Shown: positions 40,457 to 53,567, counted from the stretch's first letter. The stretch is 64,000 bases of DNA from Octopus sinensis (GCF_006345805.1 NC_043003.1:77624001-77688000), one strand, 5' to 3'. Notes: a model not told the origin generated them from the sequence alone. Numbers and translations are program-made.

Positions 40457-41163
40457 GAGTAAATAATTTCTATAAAGGCTTTTAAAAAAACCCCAATTAT
40501 TTACTGGTAGAATTCGGTATGTAAATATAGCCGATTACCGGCAGGAACTTCTGTAAAGTTCAGTATATATATTGTATATAAGAAAAAGGGACAGGCAACA
40601 GGTTGCCCGACCGCATACCGAAAAAATAGAAATAGCAGTCAAGAATGCTTATTTCTATCAAAGTTGGACTCCGGGCACGACAAACCCTGTAATTCACATA
40701 TGCAAAACAGAAGGAATAGATAACGAAAACGAAGTCTGGTGGTTATCTGTGAACATCATGTTTCTGGATTATAAACATATTGAATATATATTTCATATAT
40801 ATTTTTGATATATATTTCATATACATTGCATATATATTTCACATCCTTCTTCAGCACAGCTTTCCATTGAAAAAGATTTATCATAGATTTATCAAATGCT
40901 ACGTACCTCAAACCTTCTGACCATGCGACATCAAAATATTTGAAGAAAGTGAGCAAAAGCTAAACCTACATAGACGTTTGAATTCGTAAATCTTCCCTCC
41001 AAAATTTTGCCATGCGCACTACAAAAATAGTTCCATAAGATTGGGAACTATTGGGTTGTCATAAGGGAGTGAAAAATCCAAATAGTAATATAATAATAAG
41101 AGTAAATAATTTCTATAAAGGCTTTTAAAAAAACCCCAATTATTTACTGGTAGAATTCGGTAT
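40448..41163 (-). mobile_element. Family B PLE-derived element bounded by an exact 73-bp direct repeat and carrying a hammerhead
   Basis: 40448-40520 is identical to 41091-41163. HHR at 40747-40859 (-): CTGTG/CACAG stem I, CTGAAGA, GGAT/ATCC, GAAA, ACA-tga-TGT, triplet GTT. Confidence 0.7.
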
Positions 41164-41517
41164 ATATATATATATATATGTATATACATATATAGGTATA
41201 TAAATGTGTGTATATATATTTATATATATATATGTGTTTGTATTTATACATGTGCACATATACATGTATATATATGTGCTTATATATACACACATCAATA
41301 AAAACAATTAATAATGCTTCTTAACTACAATGAAACTAAACCCATTATAGATAAACGCGTATGTATGTATATGTGTATGCCTGTGGTTCTATGTGTGTAT
41401 GTGTATATATGTATATATACATATATATATATATCTATATATACACATATATGTGTGTGTATATATATATATATGCATATACGTACATGTATAAATGTAC
41501 ACATATGTATATGTGTG

Positions 41518-41612
<95 letters not shown>

Positions 41613-41625
41613 TATAAATTAGGGT

Positions 41626-42048
41626 ATCTACGAGATACCACCATGCTAAAAATAGCAGCCATGATCTGACTCTAAAACCACCTTAATTGTCCATATATTA
41701 ACACGGAGAGAAAACCAAGAGACAAGATGAGACTAGTAAAAAAGTACTGGATAATTCTAGATCCTGGATTTCTGATTTGCATTTAGTAATGCTTTGCCTC
41801 GTCAGTAGAATACACACAGAAGAGAAACATAAATACATATATATATATACAAGGACAACATACGAATACTTACATATACGAACGTATACCTACATATATA
41901 TGCACGTATGCATCATGGCCAGTTCAAAACGCCCGCCGTTTAATTCCATGTGAGATATGTTTTCTCTCCGTGTTGATATATGGACAATTAAGGTGGTTTT
42001 GGAGTCAGATCATGGTTGCTATTTTCAGCATGGTGGTATCTCATAGAT
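41626..42048. repeat. Inverted repeat with 90-bp arms (about 94% identical) and a 243-bp spacer
   Basis: 41626-41715 versus the reverse complement of 41959-42048. Confidence 0.85.
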
Positions 42049-42439
42049 TTTAAACCTCTATAACTTTTTAAAAGCATTTTTCTAGAAAAAGTTGAAGAAC
42101 TCCAGCAATTTAGCTTGGAAAGGTACATTAACGTGCCAAATTCAAAAATGTTCAATAAACTTTAATTTTTGAAATACTGGCAGCCAAACGAACTAGATAC
42201 GTATTTGCTCGTGCAAAGTCGTGTCATCTGACTCTGCTCTGTTGACTTCTATTTGGGAATACCATACTGCCTTTCTAACGCCGTCTGTAGAAATTCGTTT
42301 TCAAATTTTCACTTTACTGATGCCTCCAGTCAAGAAAATTTGTTGAGAATTCAGTAGTGATTATTTATCGTTTGGATTTATTCTCTCTCCTCAGAACTGT
42401 CAGTTACCAATGTGCCTTCTTTGTCATCAAACATTGACC

Positions 42440-43340
42440 AGCGAAGCAATGAAATCTTTATGCTTGAAATGTCACTTTGATGCAAAGCAGTCTGAGAAGA
42501 GGGACTAGCCGTTATCATACTTTGCAACTATGCTCCTCTTTCAAAAAGCAAATACAAACATTCAACATGCTACTCCAGGAAACTAGTAAACAGGAGAATG
42601 ACGGGTTGATTGCATCGTACAATATTGCATTGTTTGTTGCTAACTCTGGGAAGTCTCACACAACTGGAGAAACATTACTTCGTCCAGTTAGTGAAGAGGT
42701 TTTGTCAACTGTTATGCACGAAAAACCCGATAACATTATGAAGAAGATCCCACTTAGTAATAACACAATTTCTCGACGCGTCGATGGAATGGCCAACGAT
42801 GTCAAACATCAGCTCATTAATATTCTCCAGCGTTCTAAATTTTCTACACAAGTGGATGAGTAAACTGTTGTGGACAATCAATGTTTGAAGATGGTATTGG
42901 TATTGCAGCGAAGACCTTCAACCTTGTGAGGAAATGCTTTTCACAAAGAAATTGCCGCTTGATTCAAAAGGTGCAACTATTTTTCACATTCTCAAGTCTT
43001 TCCTTTTTAACATAATATTCCACTCAGTAATACTATTACCTGTGCGTCTGATGGAGCCCCTTCGATGATAGGAAGACACAGAGGTTTTTCCTCTCTTCTA
43101 AAACGTGAAATTTCACACCAGATACTAACTGTTCATTGCTTGGCACAACGGCAACATTTAGAGGTAAAAAAAATATGAACAGTAGATTGAATGATGTGCT
43201 ACAGTTAGTTATCAAGATTGTGAACAAATTGAAGTCCAGCCCCTTGTCTGATCGAATTTTCCGTCAATTCTGTCTGAGAAATGATGAGGACCATACTAAA
43301 CTCTAAACTAAAGTGCGGTGGCTGTCAAAAGGAAACTGTT
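42440..43340 (+). mobile_element. hAT (Buster/Charlie-like) transposase remnant
   Basis: ASYNIALFVANSGKSHTTGETLLRP...PLSNNTISRR...FSTQVDE; CASDGAPSMIGRH; VHCLA.RQHL; VRWLSKG. Stops and frameshifts throughout. Confidence 0.85.
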
Positions 43341-43379
43341 TTATGCTTTGTTAAACTGTTTTATATAATATATTTTTCT

Positions 43380-44330
43380 TTGAAGATACTCCACTATCCG
43401 CTTCATTGATGGCTGAAAGATGCAATTTCTTTTTTCCTTGTGTCTATCTAATTTATAGAAGACGAATTAACTTCTTTGAATTTAGTAAACAGATTTTTGC
43501 AACGATTTATTGCAGAATTCATCAAGAAAATGTATTTTCTAAGTCTGTAAAATTTGAAAATGTTATGGGCATAATTGTTCCAACCGTAAAGTTTGCTAAT
43601 CCCGAACTCTTAACCATAGCAGTTTAAAGAGTTCTTAGAACTTGAATCGGAGTAAGGTGATGTGGTTTGCAACTGTGCAGTTCAGTGAGAAGTAAATGAA
43701 AGGCGCTATACGCCTTCTTAGAAATGAAAGATAAATTTCTCCCTGAGTAGAAATATGAAAACTGAATTCGTGACCTTGCACGTATCATTACTCTTTTGAA
43801 TGATTTCAATCTCAAATGCTGAAAAAGTAAAATCAGTTGATTCATAAGACATGTTCTCATATCAAAGATTTTGAAAATTATTTTCGAGTTTTGGGAAACT
43901 AATTCAAAACTGATGACACTTTCCATTTCCCAACACTAGTCAAGCAGAGGGAGTCTGGATGTAGTGACTTTAATGTGGAGTTAAATTAGCTGATAAAGGA
44001 ACTGAATACCATATATAAGGACTCTAACTCAATACCAGATTTAAGGACTTTTTATTTCCCTAAAGATATAAAAATTAAATTTTCCCTATTTCTAAGGCAA
44101 ATGCTTAGGTATCTCGCACTCTGTAGTGAAAATGATTGAGCAACCTCCAACGAAATATTAATCTGATCTATTTCTTGTGCAGCTCGCTTTACGATGAACT
44201 TATGGTCCATTGCTCGAAAGAGACAGTCATGCCTGGTCTAGCCAGTTGTAAAGAAATATCAAAGAAAAATTCACACAAACATGTATGTATGCATGTTTTT
44301 ATCTTTAGTTCTTCTTTACAATTAGCCAGT
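43380..44330 (+). mobile_element. Second hAT (SPIN/GTF2IRD2-like) transposase remnant
   Basis: CRIHQENVFSKSVKFENVM..VP.VKF; FLEMK..; IRDLA...LLND.N; heavily decayed. Confidence 0.55.
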
Positions 44331-45216
44331 AATACCCACTTGAAAAAATATGTGTAAACTTATATGTATATATTTCTTTATAACTGCATGCATGTAATAT
44401 ATGCATGTATGCATTGTAAGTATATTCTTTACTATTTTTAATTATTTAAATTCTCCCACTGAAGAAGGAGCTGGTTTCTAACAAAGATACAAAGATCCAT
44501 CGTCGGAATGTAGATAACGAAAACAATGTCATATTTTAAACCTGAAAAAAGTCTTGCATAGCTTTACTGTTCCGCTTACACATTGTATTTGTAATGTGCG
44601 AGTAGGTTGGTTAATTTCTAAGTTTGTATGTATGTATGTATGTATGTATGTATGTATGTATTTATGTATGAATGTGTGTGTGTATGTTTCTGCTCAATGC
44701 AGACAACGGAATATGAAATGATCATTTGCTCATCCAGTTATCACTTCGCATCAGCAGACATTATATTAAACCAATTCATGAAAATAGACTGACATCGTGA
44801 AAGTCAGAGATACATTAGTATGACAAAATAACAACTAAAAGAACCTGTCATCTGATTCTTCAACATTGCAATCAATAATGTTCAGTTAAGCTATAACATC
44901 TTCGACCTAAACATAAATATGTTACACGAGGGAAGTGCATGTATTGTATTCGTAGTAAGAAACTAATATAATACGTGAAATGTTGTGAAAATGCTGTAAA
45001 CGACAACGTCGTTATAATCTCACTAGATACTTGTATGAAATAAAAACTGAATAGGAATATTTATCTTGAGGAAAGAAAATAAACAAACTGCATATAAAAT
45101 GTTTTGCATAAAATATTCACAATAGAGTAACACACACACATATACATACATACATATATCTGTTCATACACACACATGCACGCACGCACGAATACATGTA
45201 GATAGATATATACTTA

Positions 45217-45275
<59 letters not shown>

Positions 45276-45406
45276 TATATACATACATACATACATACAC
45301 TACATGCATACATATATATATAATATACTTTTATATAATGAATTAGTGTGTATACATAAACACAAATATATTCGTATATACATGTACACATATTCATATC
45401 TCGTTG

Positions 45407-45491
<85 letters not shown>

Positions 45492-45878
45492 CATATATAT
45501 TTAGGAATATAAATGAAAATATATCCATGTGTTTATATCTATGTATGCAGATACCTGTATACGTATACATACATATATTTAAATGATAATTATATGTGTG
45601 TATGTGTGTATAGACTCTTTTACTCTTTTACTTGTTTCAGTAATTTGACTGCGGCCCTGCTGGAGCATCGCCTTTAGCCGAACGAATCAACCCCAGGACT
45701 TATTCTTTGTAAGCTTAGGTCTCTTTTGCCGAACCGCTAGGTTACGCGGACGTAAACACATCAACATCGGTTGTCTGGCGATGATGAGGGGATAGACACA
45801 GACACACAAACATACACGCGCGCTCACACACACTTACACGCACACACACACATATATATGTATATATAGATATTTACA

Positions 45879-45917
<39 letters not shown>

Positions 45918-45939
45918 CCCCAAAACCAAACATATATAC

Positions 45940-45972
<33 letters not shown>

Positions 45973-46132
45973 ATATTATATATATATATAACATTTAACT
46001 TAGGAATTACGATACTAACTTGTAGAACTCAATGAAGTTCATAAGATAATGGACTATTTCTTTGTCATGTCAATTTCTTAAACACACGCACAGAGAGAGA
46101 GAGAGAGACAGACACACACACACATACATACA

Positions 46133-46168
<36 letters not shown>

Positions 46169-46204
46169 TGCATTAGAAAGTATCGGTCACTTAACACAAC
46201 ACGA

Positions 46205-46255
<51 letters not shown>

Positions 46256-46923
46256 GAGAAAGAGAAAGAGAAAGAGATAGAGAGAAAGAGAGAGAGAGAG
46301 AGGGGGGGTATTCGAAAGTGTTGGTCACGTAACGCTGTAGAAGAAGAAAACTAGGCGCTTAATGAAATGGTTCAAAGACAGAATTGCCTCAGTTCACTGT
46401 TGAACTTTGTCAAAACATTTCTCACGCGTTAGTATAAATGCAATTGTTACTGCCATTTATATTCTCCAATTGGTTCGATCTGTTCAGGGAATGAATGACG
46501 ATATTGAATTGTGATTATATGGACAATGAAAATAAGACGGCCATGTTACGAGCAAGATTTGAATTCATATAACATTGACGAGCGTCTGTGGTCTATGAAT
46601 TCAAATAAATGTATTACTAAATGATGCTTAGAAAACATTTGGTTAGGATATATACATGTATATTCAGAGAGGGAGAGAGAGAGAGAGATAAAGAGAGAGT
46701 AAGAGTGAGAAAAAGAGGAGCGAGAGGGAGAGAAAGGAGAGAGAGGGAGAGAGAAAGAGGGAGAGATGCAAATAAATACGCTTGGGCTTGATATATAAAG
46801 TATACACACGTACATATATACACGTAAGTATATACAGGGATATATGGAGAAAGAAACAAATACTGAAAATACCCAGAAGATCAACATTTGTGCATAAACA
46901 TATAAATATTTATATATTTACAG

Positions 46924-46971
46924 AACAAATTTATATGGAGTACAAAGCGTATAGAAAACTAATGGGAAAAG
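46924..46971 (+). CDS. Candidate 48-nt symmetric exon, xQIYMEYKAYRKLMGK (phase 1 to 1)
   Basis: tatatttacag| ... AAG|gtatgc; only the phase-1 frame is open. Confidence 0.25.
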
Positions 46972-47269
46972 GTATGCTATTTCAGGTCCGACAACTCTTT
47001 CTGGGGCTCAGAGTTATGTAACAGTTGTAATGTCGGCAGATGGAGTATGCAAAAAGTCAAGGAAATGCAACCATTTTTGGATGAGTATATGTTGCTGTGC
47101 TAGCAATATATCCCTTCTACTTATCCTTCCCTTTCAATAATAATAAAGGGTAAAATTAATTAATTAATTATTTATTTATTAATTAATTAATTAATTTATT
47201 AATTTATTAATTAATTAATAATTCTACAAATTAGTTCGGTATGTTAAAAGAACCATTATCGGTAACCTT

Positions 47270-47672
47270 ATACAAAAATTCTATAACTATAAGCATAATT
47301 ATAATTAAGGTTCAGCAAAAATTGCTTCACCACATACCGAAATTTGGAAATAGCAGTTAAATACTATTTCACTACCATAAGATACCTCCCAGACAGTAAT
47401 CCTCTCAACTCACGCAAGTAAAGAGAAAAAAAAAAACGAATCCACCCGGCTTTGATTAACTATATACGCGTTTCTGGGTTAAAGAGATGTAAAAAGATGT
47501 AAAATCATATTTTTTTCTCTTTACCTGCGTGAGTTGAGAGGATTATTGTCTGGGAGATATGTTATGGTAGTGGAATAGTATTTAACTGCTATATCTAAAT
47601 TTCTGCATGTTGTGAAGCAATTTTTGCTGAACCCTAATTATAATTATGCTTATAATTATAGAAGTTTTGTAT
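47270..47672. mobile_element. Inverted pair of family B-related fragments (arms about 160 bp) with a half-hammerhead in the spacer
   Basis: 47270-47431 versus the reverse complement of 47509-47672, roughly 90% identical. The spacer carries GAAACGCGTA on the minus strand (47465-47474). Confidence 0.8.
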
Positions 47673-48029
47673 CCCTCCCTTTCTATATATAATTTTTTTA
47701 TCGTTTATCTTTTACTTGTTTCAGTCATTAGACTGTGGCCATACTGGGGCACCGTCTGAAGAATTTTTAATTGAATGAAATCGATCCCAATATTTTTATT
47801 ATTTTTTAAAGCCTGATACTTATTCTATCGATCTCTCTTGTAGAACCGCCAAGTTATGGAGGTGTAAACACACCAATACCAGTTATCAAGTGGTTGTGTG
47901 GGACAAACACAGACACAACGACACACATACATACAACGAGCTTTTTTAAGTTTCCGTATAGCAAATCCCCTCACACTGAACCCGGAACCATGTGGTTGAG
48001 AAGCAATTTTTTTATCAAACAGCCACGCC

Positions 48030-48186
48030 TCGATTACCTTCGCACTCTGCTCCTTACCTAGCATATCCTTTATACCACTACCCTGCCCCCATCCATCGAA
48101 TTTCTTCCCATCTTCTCCTGGTCTCATCCTCATCCAGAAACACTTATCACTACTTAACCCTTGCTATTGCTATTAACCTGTCCTTC

Positions 48187-48233
<47 letters not shown>

Positions 48234-48900
48234 CCCTGTATTTACTTTCATGCATTTCTCCCTACTTCGGTATTCTTTCTCTATTCGCAACCCACCTTCA
48301 TTCTTTGAATTTACCCCTCGCCTCCCTGCCGGCACCTTCTCATTTCAATAGCTGCCCCTCCCTTTTCTCTTTGTACGTGCCTTCCTTCCTCAGTAACCCT
48401 TCGAGTCTTGGTAACCCAACCCCACTGCCTACTCATTCACCGCTTCTTCTACTTGTATAACCTCCACCATCACTGACTAATTACATCTATTGTCAACACA
48501 CTCAAGAACGACGCCACTTTTCACAATACTACCCATCTCACCCACTCCTATTCATTTCTCGACTCACCACTTCTACTCCTACTGCTTGCTATTCCTCTCC
48601 TATTTCTTCATGCCTTTCCTCTGCTTCAACACTCCCCTCCTTCTTGAACCACCTATATACCCCTTTCAACCTATTTCTATTTGGCCTTTTTCTTTACCCA
48701 TTCTATCCTCAAATTCTCTTGCATTACGATCTGAACTTTCCGCTCTGAAGACGGGGTGCAGGTGTACGGTAATATTCATAAGCATTTCCTCAACTGTCTA
48801 CGCATTCCATCTGTTAACATTAAAACTATTACGTAATTCCAAGCTCCAGAAACAGCTGTCGGACCCGAAATACCATATTGTCTCCCCTTATTAATTGCCA
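48030..48900 (+). mobile_element. Pyrimidine-rich PLE-derived segment ending in a degenerate hammerhead-like motif
   Basis: CTGAAGA at 48745-48751 and GAAAC AGCT GTC at 48849-48860 (palindromic stem III); stems I and II are poor. Confidence 0.35.
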
Positions 48901-50274
48901 GGAATGTGTTTATCCAGTAAGTTTAGTAATATGATACAATTGAATAAACCACTTTACATATTAAACGCATTCCTGGCAATTGGTATGTACATATCAATTG
49001 CTAGTTAGGACACTATTTCGTTGTGTAGCATAACATACTAATTATATTAAAGGTTTACAGGATCTTTTCTGTTTGGTTGCCAGCAGTTGCTAGCGTCATT
49101 TTTCTGTTCGAATTGATTTAATATTCAGTGTATTGATGCACTTTTATAAGCTAATGAAAGTAATTTTCGCTATAAATCAATAAATGAAGAGCTATTATCA
49201 ATTAAAGTTTGAAAATTTTGGTAATTTTAGCAAATCGTAATCCACAGACACATTCATGGCTGTTTCGATAGTAAGAACTCTTTTGTCTCTCAACGTGCCT
49301 GTTGTCATAGTCACAAGCGAATCCGAGCAGTCTTTTATTTGTGAGGAAACACGTGTTGACAAAATTGACGCTGTGTTCTGTGTGATTATGGCAGCAAGCT
49401 CCAGTAACTTCGCTTCTTTATAGAAACACTAAAAACAGAGGAGGATATTTTTAAAATTAAAACTAAAAGTTAAATGTTTGTTTTTAAGCATATCTAAATT
49501 GTAATTCAACATATATAAATTGCATGCTTAATTTTTATTTCTCTTTGTCATTGAGCATTGAGATGGATGTGAAATGTGCTAAAAATAACAGCTAAATAAG
49601 ATTTTTTTGGATACATTTTTTAAATTAAAGTCAATTTGCCGACATCTCGCTCAGGGATTTAAAACTAACTCTTTTTTTTTTCATTTAAATTAACATGAAC
49701 ATTTATTTACATGAAAGAAAATTACCGGGGAACTTTAATCCAATTCTTCTAAATATTTCTGTTAAAAATTGTAATGTGTTCATCGCATGTAACGTGTTGT
49801 TTATCGCATTTGCATTAAACACTGGTGGTTGTGAGGTGTGCTAAAAATAACAGCTAAATAAGATTCATTTACGTGAAAGAAAATTACCGTAGACATAACA
49901 GGTGTTGCTTACAAATATCGACAACACGTGCTATTTAGAGGATGTTGACGACAAAATGTGCAGTCACGCACATAAGGACAGCTTCCAAATCCTGTTTCCT
50001 GACTAGGTGAGAATAATCAAACTTTAAGTCTCTATAACTTATTAAAACATTTGTCTGGAATAAAATGAAATAACTCGAACAATTCAGTTTTGGCAAGTGT
50101 ATTATTCTGCCAAATTTTAAAATGTTCGGTGAAATCTAATTTTGGGAGCTGCTGGCTCCAAAATGTGCTTTACTGGTTGCTTAAATAGCAGAAAAGATTA
50201 GATAACAAAATATATTTAAAAATATATATATATATAAAAAATATAAAAGCATCTGTGTAGAAGAGGAGGAGGAG

Positions 50275-50370
50275 GAAGAAGAAGAAGAAGAAGAAGAAGA
50301 AGAAGAAGAAGAAGAAGAAGAAGAAGAAGAAGAAGAAGAAGAAGAAGAAGAAGAAGAAGAAGAAGAAGAA
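50275..50370. repeat. (GAA)32 pure tract
   Basis: Direct count. Confidence 0.95.
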
Positions 50371-50460
50371 GGCTAAAATAGAAATAAAGATAAGAATGAT
50401 AGTAATTGAGAACAGAAAGGGAAGGAGAGTTAAGTACATCAATGGAATATTTTGGAGTGA

Positions 50461-51004
50461 AGGCGGTGAGCTGGCAGAAACGTTAGCACGCCGGGCGAAA
50501 TGCGTAGCCGTATTACGTCTGCCGTTACGTTCTGAGTTCAAATTCCGCCGAGGTCGACTTTGCCTTTCATCCTTTTGGGGGTCGATAAATTAAGTACCAG
50601 TTAAGCACTGAGGTCAATGTAGTCGACTTAATCCGTTTGTCTGTCCTTGTTTGTCCTCTCTGTGTTTAGCCCCTTGTGGGTAGTAAAGAAATAGGTATTT
50701 CGTGTCTTTACGTTCTGAATTCAAATTCCACCGAGGTCGACTTTGTCTTTCGGTGTCGGTAAATTAAGTACCTATTTCTTTACTACCCACAAGGGGCTAA
50801 ACACAGAGGGGACAAACAAGGACAGACATAGGTATTAAGTCGATTACATCGACCCCAGTACGTAACTGGTACTTAATTTATCGACCCCGAAAGGATGAAA
50901 GGCAAAGTCGACCTCGGCGGAATTTGAACTCAAAACGTAGCGGCAGACGAAATACCGCTAAGCATTTCGCCCAGCGTGCTAACGTTTCTGCCAGCTCGCT
51001 GCCT
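50461..51004. mobile_element. Two SINE family 1 copies tail-to-tail (inverted)
   Basis: Plus-strand head at 50461; minus-strand head ending at 51004. Confidence 0.85.
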
Positions 51005-51252
51005 TGTAAATTAAGTACCACTTGCGTACTGGGGTCGATATGCTCGACTGGACCCCTCCCCCAAATATTTCGGGTCTTGTGCCTAGAATAGAAAAGGAAT
51101 ATTTTGGAGTGGTCTTATCAAAAGATGACCAGTGGGGTGCCTACTGATTTGAGGTCACTTATTCAGTTCTCACACATGGTATGGTGTAGATATATATGTA
51201 TATATGCATACACACACACATAATATATACATAATATATACCTATACATATG

Positions 51253-51313
<61 letters not shown>

Positions 51314-51469
51314 ATACATATTTACACACATGCATACATATACATATACACACACATACATACATATATATTCACATACTTACATACATATGTGTGTGTG
51401 CATATATGTTATAAATGTGTGTATGTGGATTATGAATATATAACATTTAAGTTTATAGCTATAGCCAGC

Positions 51470-52150
51470 AGTGCAAGTTACGACGTTTTGTATACAAATA
51501 CGTCTACGTAAGCAATGCGATCGAAGATAGGAAAAATAGGTAATGTTTGTATATGCATATTTCTAGAGTTATTGCTCTTTCATCAGCGCTACATTCAACC
51601 CAACAAGTATCTACGAACGCGTTGCTTAAATATCCACTAAGTTTAGTAGTGTAATACATTTGGATAAACTACTTTACATATTAAACGCATTCCTGGCAAT
51701 TGGTATGTACATATCAATTGCTAGTTAGGGCACTATTTCGTTGTGTAGCATAACATACCAAGTATATTATAGGTTTACAAGTCAATATTGTGTCTTACTT
51801 TTGAGATAGCAGGGCGAGATTTTCACTTTTGAGTTTAGCTCTAAAGATATTCTATTGACTTCAGGGCCAGGACTGCAAGTTATGACGTCTCCCATACAAA
51901 TACGTCTAAGTACATAATGCGATCGAAGATAGATGAATAGGTAAAAGGCGTATATGCATATTTCTAGGGTTCTTGCTCTTTCATCAGCACTACATCCAAT
52001 CCATCAACTATCCACGAACGCATTACTTTATATGGAGAGATAAACTTTATAGAGATGAACTTCATAGAGATAAAAGCGAGAACATCGCCCTGCTAACACA
52101 AACGTAAGATAATATTGACTTGTAAATCTTTAATATAATTGGCAGTATAT
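51470..52150 (-). mobile_element. Tandem 401-bp unit bounded by two hammerhead motifs (retrozyme-like), plus an inverted fragment
   Basis: Minus-strand cores CTGATGA at 51586-51580 and 51987-51981, each with AGAG stem II, GAAA and the ATATGCATAT palindrome. 51470-51630 repeats at 51872-52028; a third partial copy lies at 48911-49058. Confidence 0.65.
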
Positions 52151-53178
52151 TATGGTTGCAAAATGAAATATTATGTCCTTACAAGCAATTAACACACATA
52201 CACATATATATTAATATGTATATATAGCCGCACATACACATATATACGTACATTGGTAAATATAAATGTGTGTGCATTTGTGTGTGTATGTGTGTGTGTG
52301 TGTGCGCGCGTGCGTGTGTGTACGTATAATTTGGTGGTCGATAAAGAAGAACCGGTCCATTGCAGTGGATTGCCGGATCTGCTTGGGCGTTGAACGGGAT
52401 GCTATACAGTATAAGTTTCAGCTCTTTGTGACTGTTATACTGTACGGAATGCAGTCAATTAAACCCCTTATCAAACACAAAAAAATCCGTAGAAGAATGA
52501 TCTTTCCCTGTAGTAAATGTAGTAACTGCGATGTTTATTGAGGAATCACCTCACAAAACGATTTTGAGAGCACAACATTCGACAGCTGCATATAAGTGCT
52601 CTTCTCATATTTCGCATCTCACATGCGATCATAAAATTTCAGCCACGCAACCTTCTTTAGAGTTAAGATATTCAGTGACACCAATACATCAGTCTTTGAT
52701 TCTGGTTTTTGTTAGACAGTGTTAACTGTATCAATTTGCTGTTATTCCCCAAATGTGAATCATAAGAAAATAGCCGAAAATATTAATTAATCTTTGTGAT
52801 AAATGCCCGAAAAGAATCTCAACAGAAGCTCCGCATTTTTGCACTCGACCAAAATCCAACTGTAGACGAGCACACCTTTGGACATGGAGGACAGCAGTAA
52901 ACGGGTAAAACTATGTAAACTGTATGCACCCGCAGTTCAAGTAATGTACAAAAGAAAAATCGAATTAATCAAATATTTATGTCATTCGCTTTGAGAGATC
53001 CTCTCACGTAAACGCAAGGTACATACAAGTATAGATATGTATCGTAGCAGATATGTAATCGTCTTGCATGGTTACCAGAACTGCCAGATCATATGACTTC
53101 AATGTACTTCATTTCTTCAGTGGCAGGCATCCAGCGATTGCACACTGTTCTGTACCAGTCGATTCGATTAGTATATAT

Positions 53179-53280
53179 ATAATTTCTTATAAAGATTTTA
53201 TCCTATTTTAAAATTATATATATATATATATAAATATATATATAATTTTAAAATAGGATAAAATCTTTATAAGAAATTAT
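53179..53280. repeat. Near-perfect 102-bp palindrome (47-bp perfect arms) centred on (TA)n
   Basis: 53179-53225 is the exact reverse complement of 53234-53280. Confidence 0.9.
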
Positions 53281-53383
53281 CAAGTAGTTAGCGTGAAAAA
53301 CCGCATGAGGTTAAAATTCATTAATTATTCCCTTTAAATATATTTAATATAAATATAAATATAAATATAAATATATATATGCG

Positions 53384-53414
<31 letters not shown>

Positions 53415-53533
53415 TGTGTGTGTGTATGTATGTTTGTATTATAGTAATCAACTCACAATTTGAATTCCCGGTCAGAGTGATCGTAAGCAGGTTCAAGACC
53501 CGTGTTTTAATATGTGTGTGTGTGAGAGAGAGA

Positions 53534-53567
<34 letters not shown>

